From IMG/VR virus record IMGVR_UViG_3300020447_000004: a stretch of 64,000 nucleotides of DNA; one strand, given 5' to 3'. The notes beneath the pieces are model-generated. The model worked only from the letters and a program-made list of their open reading frames with translations, did no database searches and was not told the DNA's origin. Made by a program: the position numbers and the translations under genes. Every line of letters starts with the position of its first letter. Position 1 is the first letter of the stretch. The DNA comes from an uncultured virus (IMG/VR IMGVR_UViG_3300020447_000004) (taxonomy: Duplodnaviria > Heunggongvirae > Uroviricota > Caudoviricetes). Positions 1 to 8,753 of this stretch are shown here, piece by piece.

Positions 1-317
1 TCGTCCCGAGACTTGCCCTCCACATCGGTCACAGACCACACCGCCGCTTCCACCTTGACTCCGATCAGGACTCGCAGGACCTTCCGAGTAGCTGGAGTAT
101 CTTCCAGCACATCATGGAACCAGTGGCCGATGATCAACTGGTCGCGAGAAACGCCCGCCCATTCCAGCATCGCGTCGGTGATGTGCTTTTCAGACACCTC
201 TTCGTTGTTCGCCAGATGATAGTCATACGGATAGGGTCCGTACTCCTGCTCACCGTGGAATGCGGAGGCCAGATCGCGATAGTGGTCCAGGGGAAGTTTT
301 GGGGGTAGATAAGACAT
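1..317 (-). CDS. HD-domain phosphohydrolase, RelA/SpoT-HD (Mesh1/small alarmone hydrolase)-like; partial, runs off window start
   Basis: Manual translation from ATG at 317 (not in ORF track): ...AFHGEQEYGPYPYDYHL...WFHDVLEDT...AVWSVTDVEGKSRD. Matches the HxxQ..PYxxH / HDxxEDT / VTD pattern of the family. Confidence 0.75.
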   Translation of the reverse strand, partial: MSYLPPKLPLDHYRDLASAFHGEQEYGPYPYDYHLANNEEVSEKHITDAMLEWAGVSRDQLIIGHWFHDVLEDTPATRKVLRVLIGVKVEAAVWSVTDVEGKSRD

Positions 318-333
318 CAGCTTTGGGGTCTCC

Positions 334-618
334 TTATTGTAGGCGGGACTGTAGGTCTTCCTTGATATCATGGTCAGTGTCGTTTAGCAACCGAGCCATG
401 TCAACAGCCTTGGAAATCTGCATGAAATCCCCATAGAGAGGAACCATACCCCAGCTGCGACAGTCCAGCATGCCGCGACCCTCGCGCGTCAGGTAGAGTG
501 CAATCTTGTGATACTTGATACGAATGTCGAGCCAATCACCGACAGGAGCAGACTCCATTTCGCCCACAAAAGCGGCGCGGAAATCAGCAATAGACATCGA
601 AGGGTAGCGAGCACTCAT
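334..618 (-). CDS. hypothetical protein
   Basis: ORF from ATG 618 with GGAG RBS, downstream of repeated promoter motif. Confidence 0.6.
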   Translation of the reverse strand: MSARYPSMSIADFRAAFVGEMESAPVGDWLDIRIKYHKIALYLTREGRGMLDCRSWGMVPLYGDFMQISKAVDMARLLNDTDHDIKEDLQSRLQ

Positions 619-643
619 GTCAGGTCTCCGTGATACAGGTAGT

Positions 644-670
644 AGACGCACGAGCATCCCAAAAGTCAGA
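644..670 (-). promoter_or_regulatory. TCTGAC-N16-CGTC ECF-like phage promoter
   Basis: Motif copy upstream of RBS/ATG 618. Confidence 0.75.
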
Positions 671-872
671 CGCTTTCAGCGATGCGACGCCAATAATGCC
701 AGTCGATAGTATCCAGGTCGAACTCTTCCATGATCCAGTCACAGTGAGGGTGGCTTTCCCCCTTACTGAGGTTATTGATGGTCTGGACAAGCTCCCACCC
801 ACGGCTGTAGTTTTCGATGGAGCGCTCCGGACGCACAAGATTCGAGAGAGCAGGGGGTTTGGGATCGGACAT
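666..872 (-). CDS. hypothetical protein
   Basis: ATG 872 (MSDPKPP...) with GGAG RBS after promoter motif. Confidence 0.6.
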   Translation of the reverse strand: MSDPKPPALSNLVRPERSIENYSRGWELVQTINNLSKGESHPHCDWIMEEFDLDTIDWHYWRRIAESV

Positions 873-901
873 TTTGCGGCTCCGTAGTGAGTACAGGTAG
901 T

Positions 902-928
902 AGACGCACGAGCATCTCAAAAGTCAGA
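902..928 (-). promoter_or_regulatory. TCTGAC-N16-CGTC ECF-like phage promoter
   Basis: Motif copy upstream of ATG 872. Confidence 0.75.
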
Positions 929-969
929 AGGAGAATTAGAAAATCCCGGACATGCCGGGATTTTCAGAG

Positions 970-1054
970 AGGAGGCGGTGGGATTCGAACCCACGAGGGT
1001 GTTAACCCTGCCGGTTTTCAAGACCGGTTCCTTCGGCCACTCGGACACGCCTCC
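970..1054 (-). tRNA. tRNA-Ser(UGA)
   Basis: Cloverleaf GGAGGCG..CCGGT-CTTGAAA-ACCGG..long variable arm..GTGGG-TTCGAAT-CCCAC-CGCCTCC; CCA not encoded. Confidence 0.95.
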
Positions 1055-1070
1055 ATACGAGGTTCATATA

Positions 1071-1394
1071 CTACAGGAGATCTTCCCCGTCAAGCAAACT
1101 TTGGAGCTTGTCAAAGTAGTACTTCCGGTGACGTCGTGTCTGACACAAGAGTCGGATAATGCCGACGTAGAAGTCCTGATATTCGGAACAATATGCGATC
1201 TTGTCCAGCTCTTGCTCCCAGCGAGACGCCACACACTCCAAAGCAGTGTGGTCAGGAGTCCTGGAGTCACGCAAGATTCGCAAACTCACTTTGAATACAC
1301 TGAGGTTTTCCAGAGTGAGCCAGGGCTTTGCGCCATAGACCTCCGGCTGGGCGAACCTTTCATGCAGGGCCAGAAGATCCGAACGTGTAATCAT
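1071..1394 (-). CDS. hypothetical protein
   Basis: ATG 1394 with GGAG RBS after promoter motif. Confidence 0.6.
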   Translation of the reverse strand: MITRSDLLALHERFAQPEVYGAKPWLTLENLSVFKVSLRILRDSRTPDHTALECVASRWEQELDKIAYCSEYQDFYVGIIRLLCQTRRHRKYYFDKLQSLLDGEDLL

Positions 1395-1417
1395 TTTTGT
1401 TCTCCGTAGTGGGTAAT

Positions 1418-1444
1418 AGACGCATAGGCACCCCAAAAGTCAGA
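1418..1444 (-). promoter_or_regulatory. TCTGAC-N16-CGTC ECF-like phage promoter
   Basis: Motif copy upstream of ATG 1394. Confidence 0.75.
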
Positions 1445-1455
1445 GACTTTCTACG

Positions 1456-2040
1456 TCACCCCGAGATAATATCGAGACTCTCCCACCACGAAAGGTACTT
1501 GTCGGAGAGATTCCTACCCTGACGACAGGACCGCCACGCCTCCACCAAATCGAAAAACTCTTCCAGTATGTAGTCATGTCCTCGAAAGGCTGTTGCTTGG
1601 GGTGAATAGACTACCTCTCTGGAAAAGGATTCAGGGTCCTCCCAGTTTGAGGGGATCTGGTCCTCTGCCCAGACAAAACGAGGTACCGCGTGCACCACCA
1701 TAGGCTTTCCCGCTGTGTGAGTCACTCGAAAAAGCTTCATCTCGGCTGTCGGTGCTACGATGCCGCACTCTTCATACAGTTCACGGAGTGCTCCCTCTTT
1801 CCACGTCTCCCCATGGTCGGTATAGCCTCCCGGAAGTCCCAGCTTTCCATACCCCGGATGAATGGCTCTACGTACCATGAGTACACCCAGACGATTGGAA
1901 GAAGAAATGGGGACGATGAGATTTGAGGCGACGGGTACATTTAGATAGGTGACGTGATTGCACAGACACCGATACGGCCATACCGTATCCGGTGGGATCT
2001 GAGTGCCGCACGAGATACAAAAACGAGGCACCTTGGTCAT
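1456..2040 (-). CDS. NUDIX hydrolase with N-terminal zinc ribbon
   Basis: FCxxCG zinc ribbon; Nudix box GLPGGYTDHGETWKEGALRELYEECG. Confidence 0.9.
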   Translation of the reverse strand: MTKVPRFCISCGTQIPPDTVWPYRCLCNHVTYLNVPVASNLIVPISSSNRLGVLMVRRAIHPGYGKLGLPGGYTDHGETWKEGALRELYEECGIVAPTAEMKLFRVTHTAGKPMVVHAVPRFVWAEDQIPSNWEDPESFSREVVYSPQATAFRGHDYILEEFFDLVEAWRSCRQGRNLSDKYLSWWESLDIISG

Positions 2041-2486
2041 TTATCCTCCGAGGTGTAATAGGCTACTACGTCATACCATGGAGCACTCTCCGGCTTGAGA
2101 GTATCGTGCACCAAAAACGGGAATGACTGCGGCGCCATCTGCATCCTAACCACATCGTCCAGACATGTCAGCTGAAACATGTCTGCTTGATTCCGAGCCC
2201 AAATCTGCCCCACACGATACCCCGGGTGGGATACGGGATGTTCCATATCCACATAGCGAAGAGCCTCCTCCACGCTGCTGAAATGACTGGGAAGTCCCTC
2301 TGGACGAGGCATGACACCGTAGATCGAACACTTCCCTTCGAGGTAGCTGTAGCGAAGGTATACACCATCAACGCGGCGATAGGTTCCATCAGACTCCAGG
2401 GCCCACATCAAGTACCCATCTACCCCGCCTTCTCTGTCCAAGAAGTCGACCAGCCCACTTTCCTCAACACTCATACACACCTCCAA
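2037..2486 (-). CDS. hypothetical protein
   Basis: ORF overlapping the NUDIX start (ATGA-type coupling). Confidence 0.6.
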   Translation of the reverse strand: MEVCMSVEESGLVDFLDREGGVDGYLMWALESDGTYRRVDGVYLRYSYLEGKCSIYGVMPRPEGLPSHFSSVEEALRYVDMEHPVSHPGYRVGQIWARNQADMFQLTCLDDVVRMQMAPQSFPFLVHDTLKPESAPWYDVVAYYTSEDK

Positions 2487-2516
2487 CAGTTTTGATGTAT
2501 ATAACCCAACGCAGCC

Positions 2517-3146
2517 TCAATGTCCAAAAGAGGCATACATTTCCTGTACCTTTTTCCGAAGGGTCTTAGGGAGACCTGGATTCACACGTAGCGCATGAGG
2601 CATGAGTATGTGCCTGATGTAGTTCCGCATATAAGCCGTATCCGTATTGGAGGGATCCTCAATGAACGGGACCGACTTCCTCTCACACCAGTCCGCCAGA
2701 TCCTGGGAACGAGTCTCCAAAAAGGGCCGAACATAGACATCCCGAAGGGCAGGGATTAGACGGCCCTGACCATGTAGCGATGTAAAGATCCAGGTCTCAA
2801 CCACATCATCCAAATGATGGCAGGTGATAACTGGACGGCTTCCGCATACGTCCTCAAAGAAGCTGTAGCGGCTTTCACGCCAGAAGGCTTCCCGAGATAC
2901 TCCTACCGGCATGGCAGCTGACCGACGGCCAATACAGAGCGGGATTCGGTACTCACGGCAGTACTGTTCGACCAGCTCCTGAGCCCTGTCCGCAAAGGGG
3001 GTCCCATGGTTGTAGTGTAGCGCCGTGATGTCACGGCGAGGGTTACTCCGCAGGAAAGACAGAACGGCCATACTGTCTTTCCCTCCAGACACCGCCACAC
3101 AAAAGGGTGCATGTGAGTCAAAGATGGTGCGATTGAATCGGATCAC
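2517..3146 (-). CDS. tilS: tRNA(Ile)-lysidine synthase (PP-loop domain only)
   Basis: VAVSGGKDSMA PP-loop, HYNHG, RESRY, TCHHLDDVVET, RPFL, DPSN...RNYIRH. Confidence 0.92.
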   Translation of the reverse strand: MIRFNRTIFDSHAPFCVAVSGGKDSMAVLSFLRSNPRRDITALHYNHGTPFADRAQELVEQYCREYRIPLCIGRRSAAMPVGVSREAFWRESRYSFFEDVCGSRPVITCHHLDDVVETWIFTSLHGQGRLIPALRDVYVRPFLETRSQDLADWCERKSVPFIEDPSNTDTAYMRNYIRHILMPHALRVNPGLPKTLRKKVQEMYASFGH

Positions 3147-3147
3147 G

Positions 3148-3193
3148 AAAGCCTCCTGTATCGGACCAAGCTTAACCGATACAGGAGGCTTTG
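3148..3193. terminator. inverted repeat / likely intrinsic terminator after hsp20
   Basis: AAAGCCTCCTGTATCGG...CCGATACAGGAGGCTTT. Confidence 0.6.
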
Positions 3194-3212
3194 CGTGTCA
3201 GACATGTGTCAA

Positions 3213-3686
3213 CTATGTGATATCGATCTTCTTGACAGAGGTTGCAGACTCCTTCAGCATCTTTCGAGGAATGGCGATCGTCAGTACACCATCACGATGT
3301 GACGCCGAAATGCCATCGACATCCATGGACTCCTGGAGACGAAAGCTGCGCGCAAATGCGGACCGCTTCAGCTCGCGGCACAGGAAGGTCGCAGACTCCG
3401 TACCCTCACGCTGGTTCTTTTCTCCCCGAATGGTGAGGTACTGGCCGTCCAGCTCGATAGAGACTGCGTCCTTAGGCATGCCGGGAACCGCTGCCTCAAT
3501 CTCTACACGGTCAGCATACTCCATCACATTCACTTTGGGATAGGACCCCTGTGAGAGGAAGTTTGAGCCGAGTGTGGTTCCCATGGTATCTTTCCAGAGA
3601 CGGTTGAACATCTCGTCAAAGGGCGAAAGGAACTCCTGTCGAGAAATACGGCCGGAGGGGGATCGAAAACGTGTCATGCTGGTCAT
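3213..3686 (-). CDS. Hsp20/alpha-crystallin small heat-shock protein
   Basis: YPKVNV..IEAAVPG..LTIRGEK..FARSFRL..DGVLTIAIP. Confidence 0.93.
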   Translation of the reverse strand: MTSMTRFRSPSGRISRQEFLSPFDEMFNRLWKDTMGTTLGSNFLSQGSYPKVNVMEYADRVEIEAAVPGMPKDAVSIELDGQYLTIRGEKNQREGTESATFLCRELKRSAFARSFRLQESMDVDGISASHRDGVLTIAIPRKMLKESATSVKKIDIT

Positions 3687-3822
3687 ATATACTCCTACCT
3701 ATTGTAGTATAGGGATTGAACAGGCACCATGCTCTGCTCGCGGAGTAGATAGACACCCGAGAAAAACCGTCAAGAGTAGAATTGGAAAGACCTCCAACTT
3801 TTTAAAGCTGGAGGTCTTATAG

Positions 3823-3896
3823 TGGGCCCTCGGGGACTTGAACCCCGAACCAACCGCTTATGAGGCAGCTGCTCTAACCAATTGAGCTAAGGGCCC
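3823..3896 (-). tRNA. tRNA-Ile2(CAU), lysidine type
   Basis: GGGCCCT acceptor, anticodon loop CTCATAA, A73. Lacks the initiator C1:A72 mismatch and GGG/CCC stem; resembles ileX-type tRNAs; tilS is nearby. Confidence 0.85.
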
Positions 3897-3900
3897 AGAG

Positions 3901-3976
3901 TACGTGCGGAGGGATTTGAACCCCCGACCCAGCGCTTAGAAGGCGCTGGCTCTAATCCTGACTGAGCTACGCACGC
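3901..3976 (-). tRNA. tRNA-Arg(UCU)
   Basis: AGCGC-CTTCTAA-GCGCT anticodon arm, full cloverleaf. Confidence 0.93.
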
Positions 3977-4246
3977 ACATTCTCGAAAGTAAAAGTCACT
4001 CAAAGAGGTAAGGGCGCTGCCAGACCCAAAGCATGTACCGCAGTCTCCATAGTCTGTCGAGCTTTTTCACAGTCTTCCCTATGAGGGAAGGTATCCCACG
4101 TGACTTCCAAGTCTTGGGGGATAGTTTGAAGGCAGAACCGGCACACAGACCGATCCCCAATATGGGTAATCGAAAAGACTCGATCTGTCTGGGAGTTTAC
4201 CAGTCGAAGGGCGGTATGAGTTTTCACGACATCTCCTGTAATGCGT

Positions 4247-4828
4247 TCACCAATCAGACGGATTTTCACGCAGAAAGTCAGAGTTTTTCAGGGGGTACTC
4301 AGAAATCGTAACTCCAGGGCCGGAGAAGTAGTCAGGGTAACCGTGCTCACGGTTAAACTGAGGCAAGCCCGAGATGAAACGTTCGTAGAGATCTGAAGGT
4401 ACCTGACGAAGGTCGACACACCAGTGTTCAACATCGTAGATACAGTAATCACCCGCATAGATGATAAACTCATCCAACACAGGACCCACAGGCTTACCGA
4501 CCTTAGAAGTGTATTCATCGGTTGAGGAGTTCCATGTGTACCTCACACGATAGAGCATCTCCCACTTGAGAGAGACTTCGGTAACCGTGCACCACTCAGC
4601 CTTGTATGGGTTCCAGATGGTAGACCCCGGCTTAAGACGGCCCAGGACCTTCATGACCTCCCGGTGGTACTTCCAGGTCCAGATGACACCATCCTGACCC
4701 TTCCGTCCGTACTTCTTGGCAACTCGGTAAGGAGTACCCCGAAGCCACCACTTGGGGTTGTGGGTAACGAAGGTCTTTTCTTCCCACCAACACCCCCCAG
4801 AGGGGTCACCATAGCTATCGGTTTTCAT
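4247..4828 (-). CDS. hypothetical protein
   Basis: 193-aa ORF with GGAG RBS. Confidence 0.6.
   Translation of the reverse strand: MKTDSYGDPSGGCWWEEKTFVTHNPKWWLRGTPYRVAKKYGRKGQDGVIWTWKYHREVMKVLGRLKPGSTIWNPYKAEWCTVTEVSLKWEMLYRVRYTWNSSTDEYTSKVGKPVGPVLDEFIIYAGDYCIYDVEHWCVDLRQVPSDLYERFISGLPQFNREHGYPDYFSGPGVTISEYPLKNSDFLRENPSDW
4256..4282 (-). promoter_or_regulatory. TCTGAC-N16-CGTC ECF-like phage promoter
   Basis: Motif copy upstream of a GGAG RBS/GTG near 4227 and the two tRNAs. Confidence 0.7.
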
Positions 4829-5021
4829 GTTCAGTACTCCTGTATAAAGGGGGCGCAGTATTCAGCCGATTCAAACATCAGCATCATTCCGTGTACTGCA
4901 AACACGTAGCACTTGAGTCTCGCCATGAAATCTCCCCATATTGGAGGGGACAGGAGGCGACACGAGATTACGAGCACTTCCCTTTCGGACGTCAAAGGAG
5001 GGTCGCCTCCTCTTCAGGAAG

Positions 5022-5094
5022 GGCCGGGTAAGGGACTTGAACCCTTAGCTTTCGGTTTACAAAACCGATACTCTACCAATTGAGTTAACCCGGC
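5022..5094 (-). tRNA. tRNA-Thr(UGU)
   Basis: TCGGT-TTTGTAA-ACCGA anticodon arm, full cloverleaf. Confidence 0.93.
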
Positions 5095-5582
5095 AAAGAT
5101 TGAATGAGTTGAGGGAGTGTCTTGAGTGTCTCCTTGTTTCGGAGGTTCCAGACGGGGATTCCGTTGTCAGCTGCAATCCTAATAGCCTGTCCGGTACCCC
5201 CTGTCAACCGAGAAGTGGGGATATTTGTTCCGTCCGCTGCGTCAGGTGTCCAGCATACCACAAAGGAAACTGGAGTATCCATGTCTGCCCCAAAGATCTG
5301 CATCGCGTTACGCGCCATCAGCTTTCGGACATGGTACGAAAGTCGGCCCGAGTTTGGGTGATAGCGATGGACCGTATTCCATGCGGCATCCGGAATACCA
5401 GAGTCAGCAGTGAAGATCTCTTTATCAAGACCTGCCCCGGACTCAAACGCCGTATCCGCTCCTACAGCAGCTCCCGAGCGTAAAATCCAGTCACGAGAAG
5501 CCAGCTGCAGCGCCAGCGCCTCCATGTAGAGAAGACACTTAGACGGAGTCTTTCGAGACCCGATTCCCGCGTAGTACTTCAT
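5085..5582 (-). CDS. DprA/SLOG-like Rossmann-fold protein
   Basis: YAGIGSRKTP..LRSGAAVGADTAFE..ARN..VCWT..GGTGQAIRIA. Confidence 0.75.
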   Translation of the reverse strand: MKYYAGIGSRKTPSKCLLYMEALALQLASRDWILRSGAAVGADTAFESGAGLDKEIFTADSGIPDAAWNTVHRYHPNSGRLSYHVRKLMARNAMQIFGADMDTPVSFVVCWTPDAADGTNIPTSRLTGGTGQAIRIAADNGIPVWNLRNKETLKTLPQLIQSLPG

Positions 5583-6001
5583 TTCTCAGATACTCGCCAC
5601 CATGCCTCTTCGGGCTGGCCAGACAGCCAAGCATCCCAGTTGAAGGGCTTTTCACTGCCGTCATCATTGTAGTACTTTTCGACCAAGTCCGCCAGCTCCA
5701 GAAAAGCATCAGGGACCGACTTCCCCCCGCAATCCAAACGGAGGTCATGAGTGTGACACGGATGAGCCATCTCAGGAGGATGACCCCAAGGACCCGCCTC
5801 AATCCATACACGGAAAGAGGTATTCAGAGACTCATCATCATCAATCTCGTCAGTGTCTGGATTGACCCAGACATGATCCATATCAATGCACCACTGCCAA
5901 GGGTCCTTGGTGATATACTCCGAGGGTCGATCCTCGGACAGGTCCCACACAGGGTGGTTCTGTACCCAGAGGACACGCGCCTTGATTTCAGCAGGAGTCA
6001 T
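5579..6001 (-). CDS. hypothetical protein
   Basis: ORF with GGAGG RBS, overlapping the next start. Confidence 0.65.
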   Translation of the reverse strand: MTPAEIKARVLWVQNHPVWDLSEDRPSEYITKDPWQWCIDMDHVWVNPDTDEIDDDESLNTSFRVWIEAGPWGHPPEMAHPCHTHDLRLDCGGKSVPDAFLELADLVEKYYNDDGSEKPFNWDAWLSGQPEEAWWRVSEK

Positions 6002-6025
6002 TCTACCTCCATGTCAGTTAAGAAG

Positions 6026-6107
6026 TGCCCAGAGTGGGAATCGAACCCACACTCCCGAAGGAAGCAGATTTTGAATCTGCCGCGTCTGCCAATTCCGCCA
6101 TCCGGGC
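6026..6107 (-). tRNA. tRNA-Leu(CAA)
   Basis: GCAGA-TTCAAAA-TCTGC, long variable arm, A73. Confidence 0.93.
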
Positions 6108-6318
6108 ACAAAGACTACCAGACCTTCTTCCAGGTACTGGCAATGAAGTAAAGCACAAAGCCTGCAAAGGCGAGCTGAAAGGCGAGGACCGTCATACCCA
6201 TAGCAGGGTGATCTTCCCGCAGCATCTTGTCCACCATCTGCTCCTGACGGCTGCGGTAGACAATGACGTCTTCGTTGGACTGGTACATGTTGAAACTCCG
6301 TTTGAGGTTACAGAGTGT

Positions 6319-6345
6319 AGACGGGCAGAGGACGAAAAAGTCAGA
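6319..6345 (-). promoter_or_regulatory. TCTGAC-N16-CGTC ECF-like phage promoter
   Basis: Motif copy upstream of a small membrane ORF (MYQSNEDV..., start near 6288) and tRNA-Leu. Confidence 0.7.
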
Positions 6346-6703
6346 ATAAATCGCCAGATTTTTTGATGTCCGCGATGTTCAGAGGAGACCCCAGAGCATC
6401 GATCTTCTCCTCTTGATCCTGTAGAGCGGAAAGGACAGACGTTAGGGAGGCTTCCAGAGACTTGACACGATGCTCCAGGTCCTTACACCGCTTTTCTAAA
6501 GGATGCGGAGCGGCATAGCTGGAGCGGTGTTTGTCGTTCCAGTCTTCACAGACATGGTAGAGTGGTGTGTCGAAATGTATCTTACGGGACCTACGTGTGC
6601 ATTTGGGGCACATGAGCCAGCGGGAATCAGAGCAGGGGTCGTACTGTGTTTTAGGGAACACCCTACAATAGCTACACCGAACCACTTTTGTAGAAACAGC
6701 CAT
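6341..6703 (-). CDS. hypothetical zinc-finger/coiled-coil protein
   Basis: CxxC...CxxC followed by heptad-like C-terminus. Confidence 0.55.
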   Translation of the reverse strand: MAVSTKVVRCSYCRVFPKTQYDPCSDSRWLMCPKCTRRSRKIHFDTPLYHVCEDWNDKHRSSYAAPHPLEKRCKDLEHRVKSLEASLTSVLSALQDQEEKIDALGSPLNIADIKKSGDLF

Positions 6704-7197
6704 TCAGGTATTGCCTACTTAGTAGGTGAAGAGGGGACCCAGTAACTACCCCGACACCCCAATCCCACGGGGCACTCAGCCCCTTTCGGGCACGCATAGC
6801 CCATAATCTCACCAAGCTCGATACCACAAGTAGGACACTTGGCCTTTGTCTCTTGCTCGGGCGGCTTCTTCACAGGGAAGAACGAAGGCGGGAGATCAAT
6901 CTTGAAGAAATCTTCGTACTTATCACTCATCCTATCCTCCAAAGAAAAGGGATGCAAGGGCCAAAACCAATAGAAACATCGCGATACACTCACCTAACAT
7001 AGGTAAGAGCAGCCACTGAGTTAGTTCAGTGAAAGAACGCGATTTAAGCCTTACCAAGAGTTCCACGTTATGAGCGGGTACACCCTCAGCTTCGATAGAT
7101 ACACGTACCCGATTTTTAGCGTATTGCTGAAAGAACAGCACCCACATACGAGTAAACACGTACCACTTTAGGTACAAAAACACATATACCTCGAAAA

Positions 7198-7258
7198 CAG
7201 GTGAGGAGGGAATCGAACCTCCGACCACGATATTTGGAATGTCGCGCTGTCCAATAGT
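7198..7258 (-). pseudogene. tRNA-Trp(CCA) remnant lacking its 5' end
   Basis: Anticodon loop TTCCAAA, TTCGATT T-loop and 3' acceptor strand CTCACCT are present. Stems have mismatches and the TnpB element end replaces the 5' acceptor strand. Confidence 0.65.
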
Positions 7259-7292
7259 CCGTTCGGTAACTCCAAAGGACTACCGCCGCCTC

Positions 7293-8552
7293 TTACGAGG
7301 ACGGCCTCCGGTCTAACCTTCTCCGAAGAGAAGAGCCGGATTCCTGCTTCACCGAGACTGCGTCACCCACACAAGATGGGGTCGGTCTCACATCATCTCC
7401 ACAGGCGTTTAAGGAGTCCGTAGAACTGGCGGCCTCCAGTATGTTAACAGCAGCGTTCAAGTCTGCGTTAACATGATAACCACATGCCAAGCACCGAAAC
7501 TCAGATTGTGACTTTCGATTACCTTTCGCGACATGACCACACACAGAACACTTCTGGCTGGTATAGTGAGGTGCTACAGCCATGACTTCGCAGCCGTAGC
7601 GCTTACCCTTATACTCCAACAAACGGAGAAATGTCCCGAATGCAGCATCCAACACGACCCGGTTGAGACCTTTCTTACGAGAGCCTCCAGAACGAGTCAT
7701 GTTTCGTACCTTCAAGTCTTCCACCACTATCCGACCGTGGCTCTTGGCCAGATGTGTGGTAGCCTTATGAAGGGCATCCTTGCGAGTGTTACTAACCCGA
7801 ACGTGAGCCCGTGCAAGATTTTTCCGAGCTTTGGTTCGGTTCTCAGAACCCTTTTTCTTTTTCGCTAACTCCCTCTGTAACCGCTTGACCTTATGCTGGT
7901 ACTTAGACAGAGCCTTTGGATTCTCGATCACGGTTCCATCGGACAGCGTAGCCAGCTGCGCGACTCCCAGATCCAGACCTACAGAGGGTCCTTTTGGAGA
8001 GGCTTCGGGCGTTTCTGGGCCGACCACAGATACAAACCACCTTCCGGCATGTTCGGTCACTGACACTTGAGGGTGCTTACCCCAGGGTAAGTAACCATAC
8101 TCACCGGGTTGGAGCTTGACTCTACCAATCCGAGGTAGCTGGATCTTCCGATGATCTGATTTTATTTGACCGGTTAGGCGAAATCCTCCGATACCACGGC
8201 TGCGGCTTTTGAAGCGAGGATATCTCGAACGACCTGACAGGAAGTTTTTGAACGCTTTGTCTAAGTCTCGAAGCGCTTCCTGTGGAGCTGCCTTTGAGGC
8301 AGCGTACATCCACGGCACGCCACCCTCTAACGGGTCAGTCTTCTTTAGACGTACCAACACACGATGTAGACTAATCGCGTTGGGCCAGTCCTTCCACTTC
8401 TTCGGCTTGCCCTCGGATACCCACTGATCGTAGGCTTCTCGATGTTGCTGCAAACCCCAGTTATAGGCCCACCGAGCATTACCTGCGTGCTGCATGAGCA
8501 TCCGCCGCTGGCGCAGCGTTGGCCGGATCTCGGCTCGGTAGGATAGCCTCAC
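7293..8552 (-). CDS. tnpB: RNA-guided endonuclease TnpB (InsQ family)
   Basis: N-terminal HTH (GNARWAYNWGL), RuvC-I GLDLG, RuvC-II VEDL, CxxC..CxxC zinc ribbon, RuvC-III NADLNAAVNI; all three catalytic residues present. Confidence 0.95.
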   Translation of the reverse strand: MRLSYRAEIRPTLRQRRMLMQHAGNARWAYNWGLQQHREAYDQWVSEGKPKKWKDWPNAISLHRVLVRLKKTDPLEGGVPWMYAASKAAPQEALRDLDKAFKNFLSGRSRYPRFKSRSRGIGGFRLTGQIKSDHRKIQLPRIGRVKLQPGEYGYLPWGKHPQVSVTEHAGRWFVSVVGPETPEASPKGPSVGLDLGVAQLATLSDGTVIENPKALSKYQHKVKRLQRELAKKKKGSENRTKARKNLARAHVRVSNTRKDALHKATTHLAKSHGRIVVEDLKVRNMTRSGGSRKKGLNRVVLDAAFGTFLRLLEYKGKRYGCEVMAVAPHYTSQKCSVCGHVAKGNRKSQSEFRCLACGYHVNADLNAAVNILEAASSTDSLNACGDDVRPTPSCVGDAVSVKQESGSSLRRRLDRRPSS

Positions 8553-8701
8553 TGAGGGCTTCCCTCAGTGGAGGAGGTCATCAGCTCTACGAGAGCTGAC
8601 CGAATGACCTGAGCCATTGAGCATCGGCGGCGTGCCGCCTCTTCCCTCAACCATTGGATGATGTCCGGGTCGAGATAGACACTGGTACTGACTTTATTCA
8701 T
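8549..8701 (-). CDS. ribbon-helix-helix (CopG-like) protein, 50 aa
   Basis: Manual translation MNKVSTSVYLDPDIIQWLREEAARRRCSMAQVIRSALVELM...; AGGAG RBS; GTGA overlap with tnpB start. Confidence 0.8.
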   Translation of the reverse strand: MNKVSTSVYLDPDIIQWLREEAARRRCSMAQVIRSALVELMTSSTEGSPQ

Positions 8702-8753
8702 GTGTAGCACTCCTATGCTACCTTAGCAAGGTATAAGCGGATTATGACGGAAG

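Larger units (their letters stand above)
7259..8745 (-). mobile_element. non-autonomous RHH + TnpB element, IS607/IS200-IS605-related; left boundary approximate
   Basis: RHH gene coupled to tnpB. Right end inferred at ...AACGG (7259) from the shared boundary with the copy at 17624. No tnpA in window. Confidence 0.7.

Noticed and set aside
6932..7228. 98-aa ORF next to tnpB
   Set aside because: Its start lies within the tRNA-Trp remnant and it has no RBS or recognisable motif.
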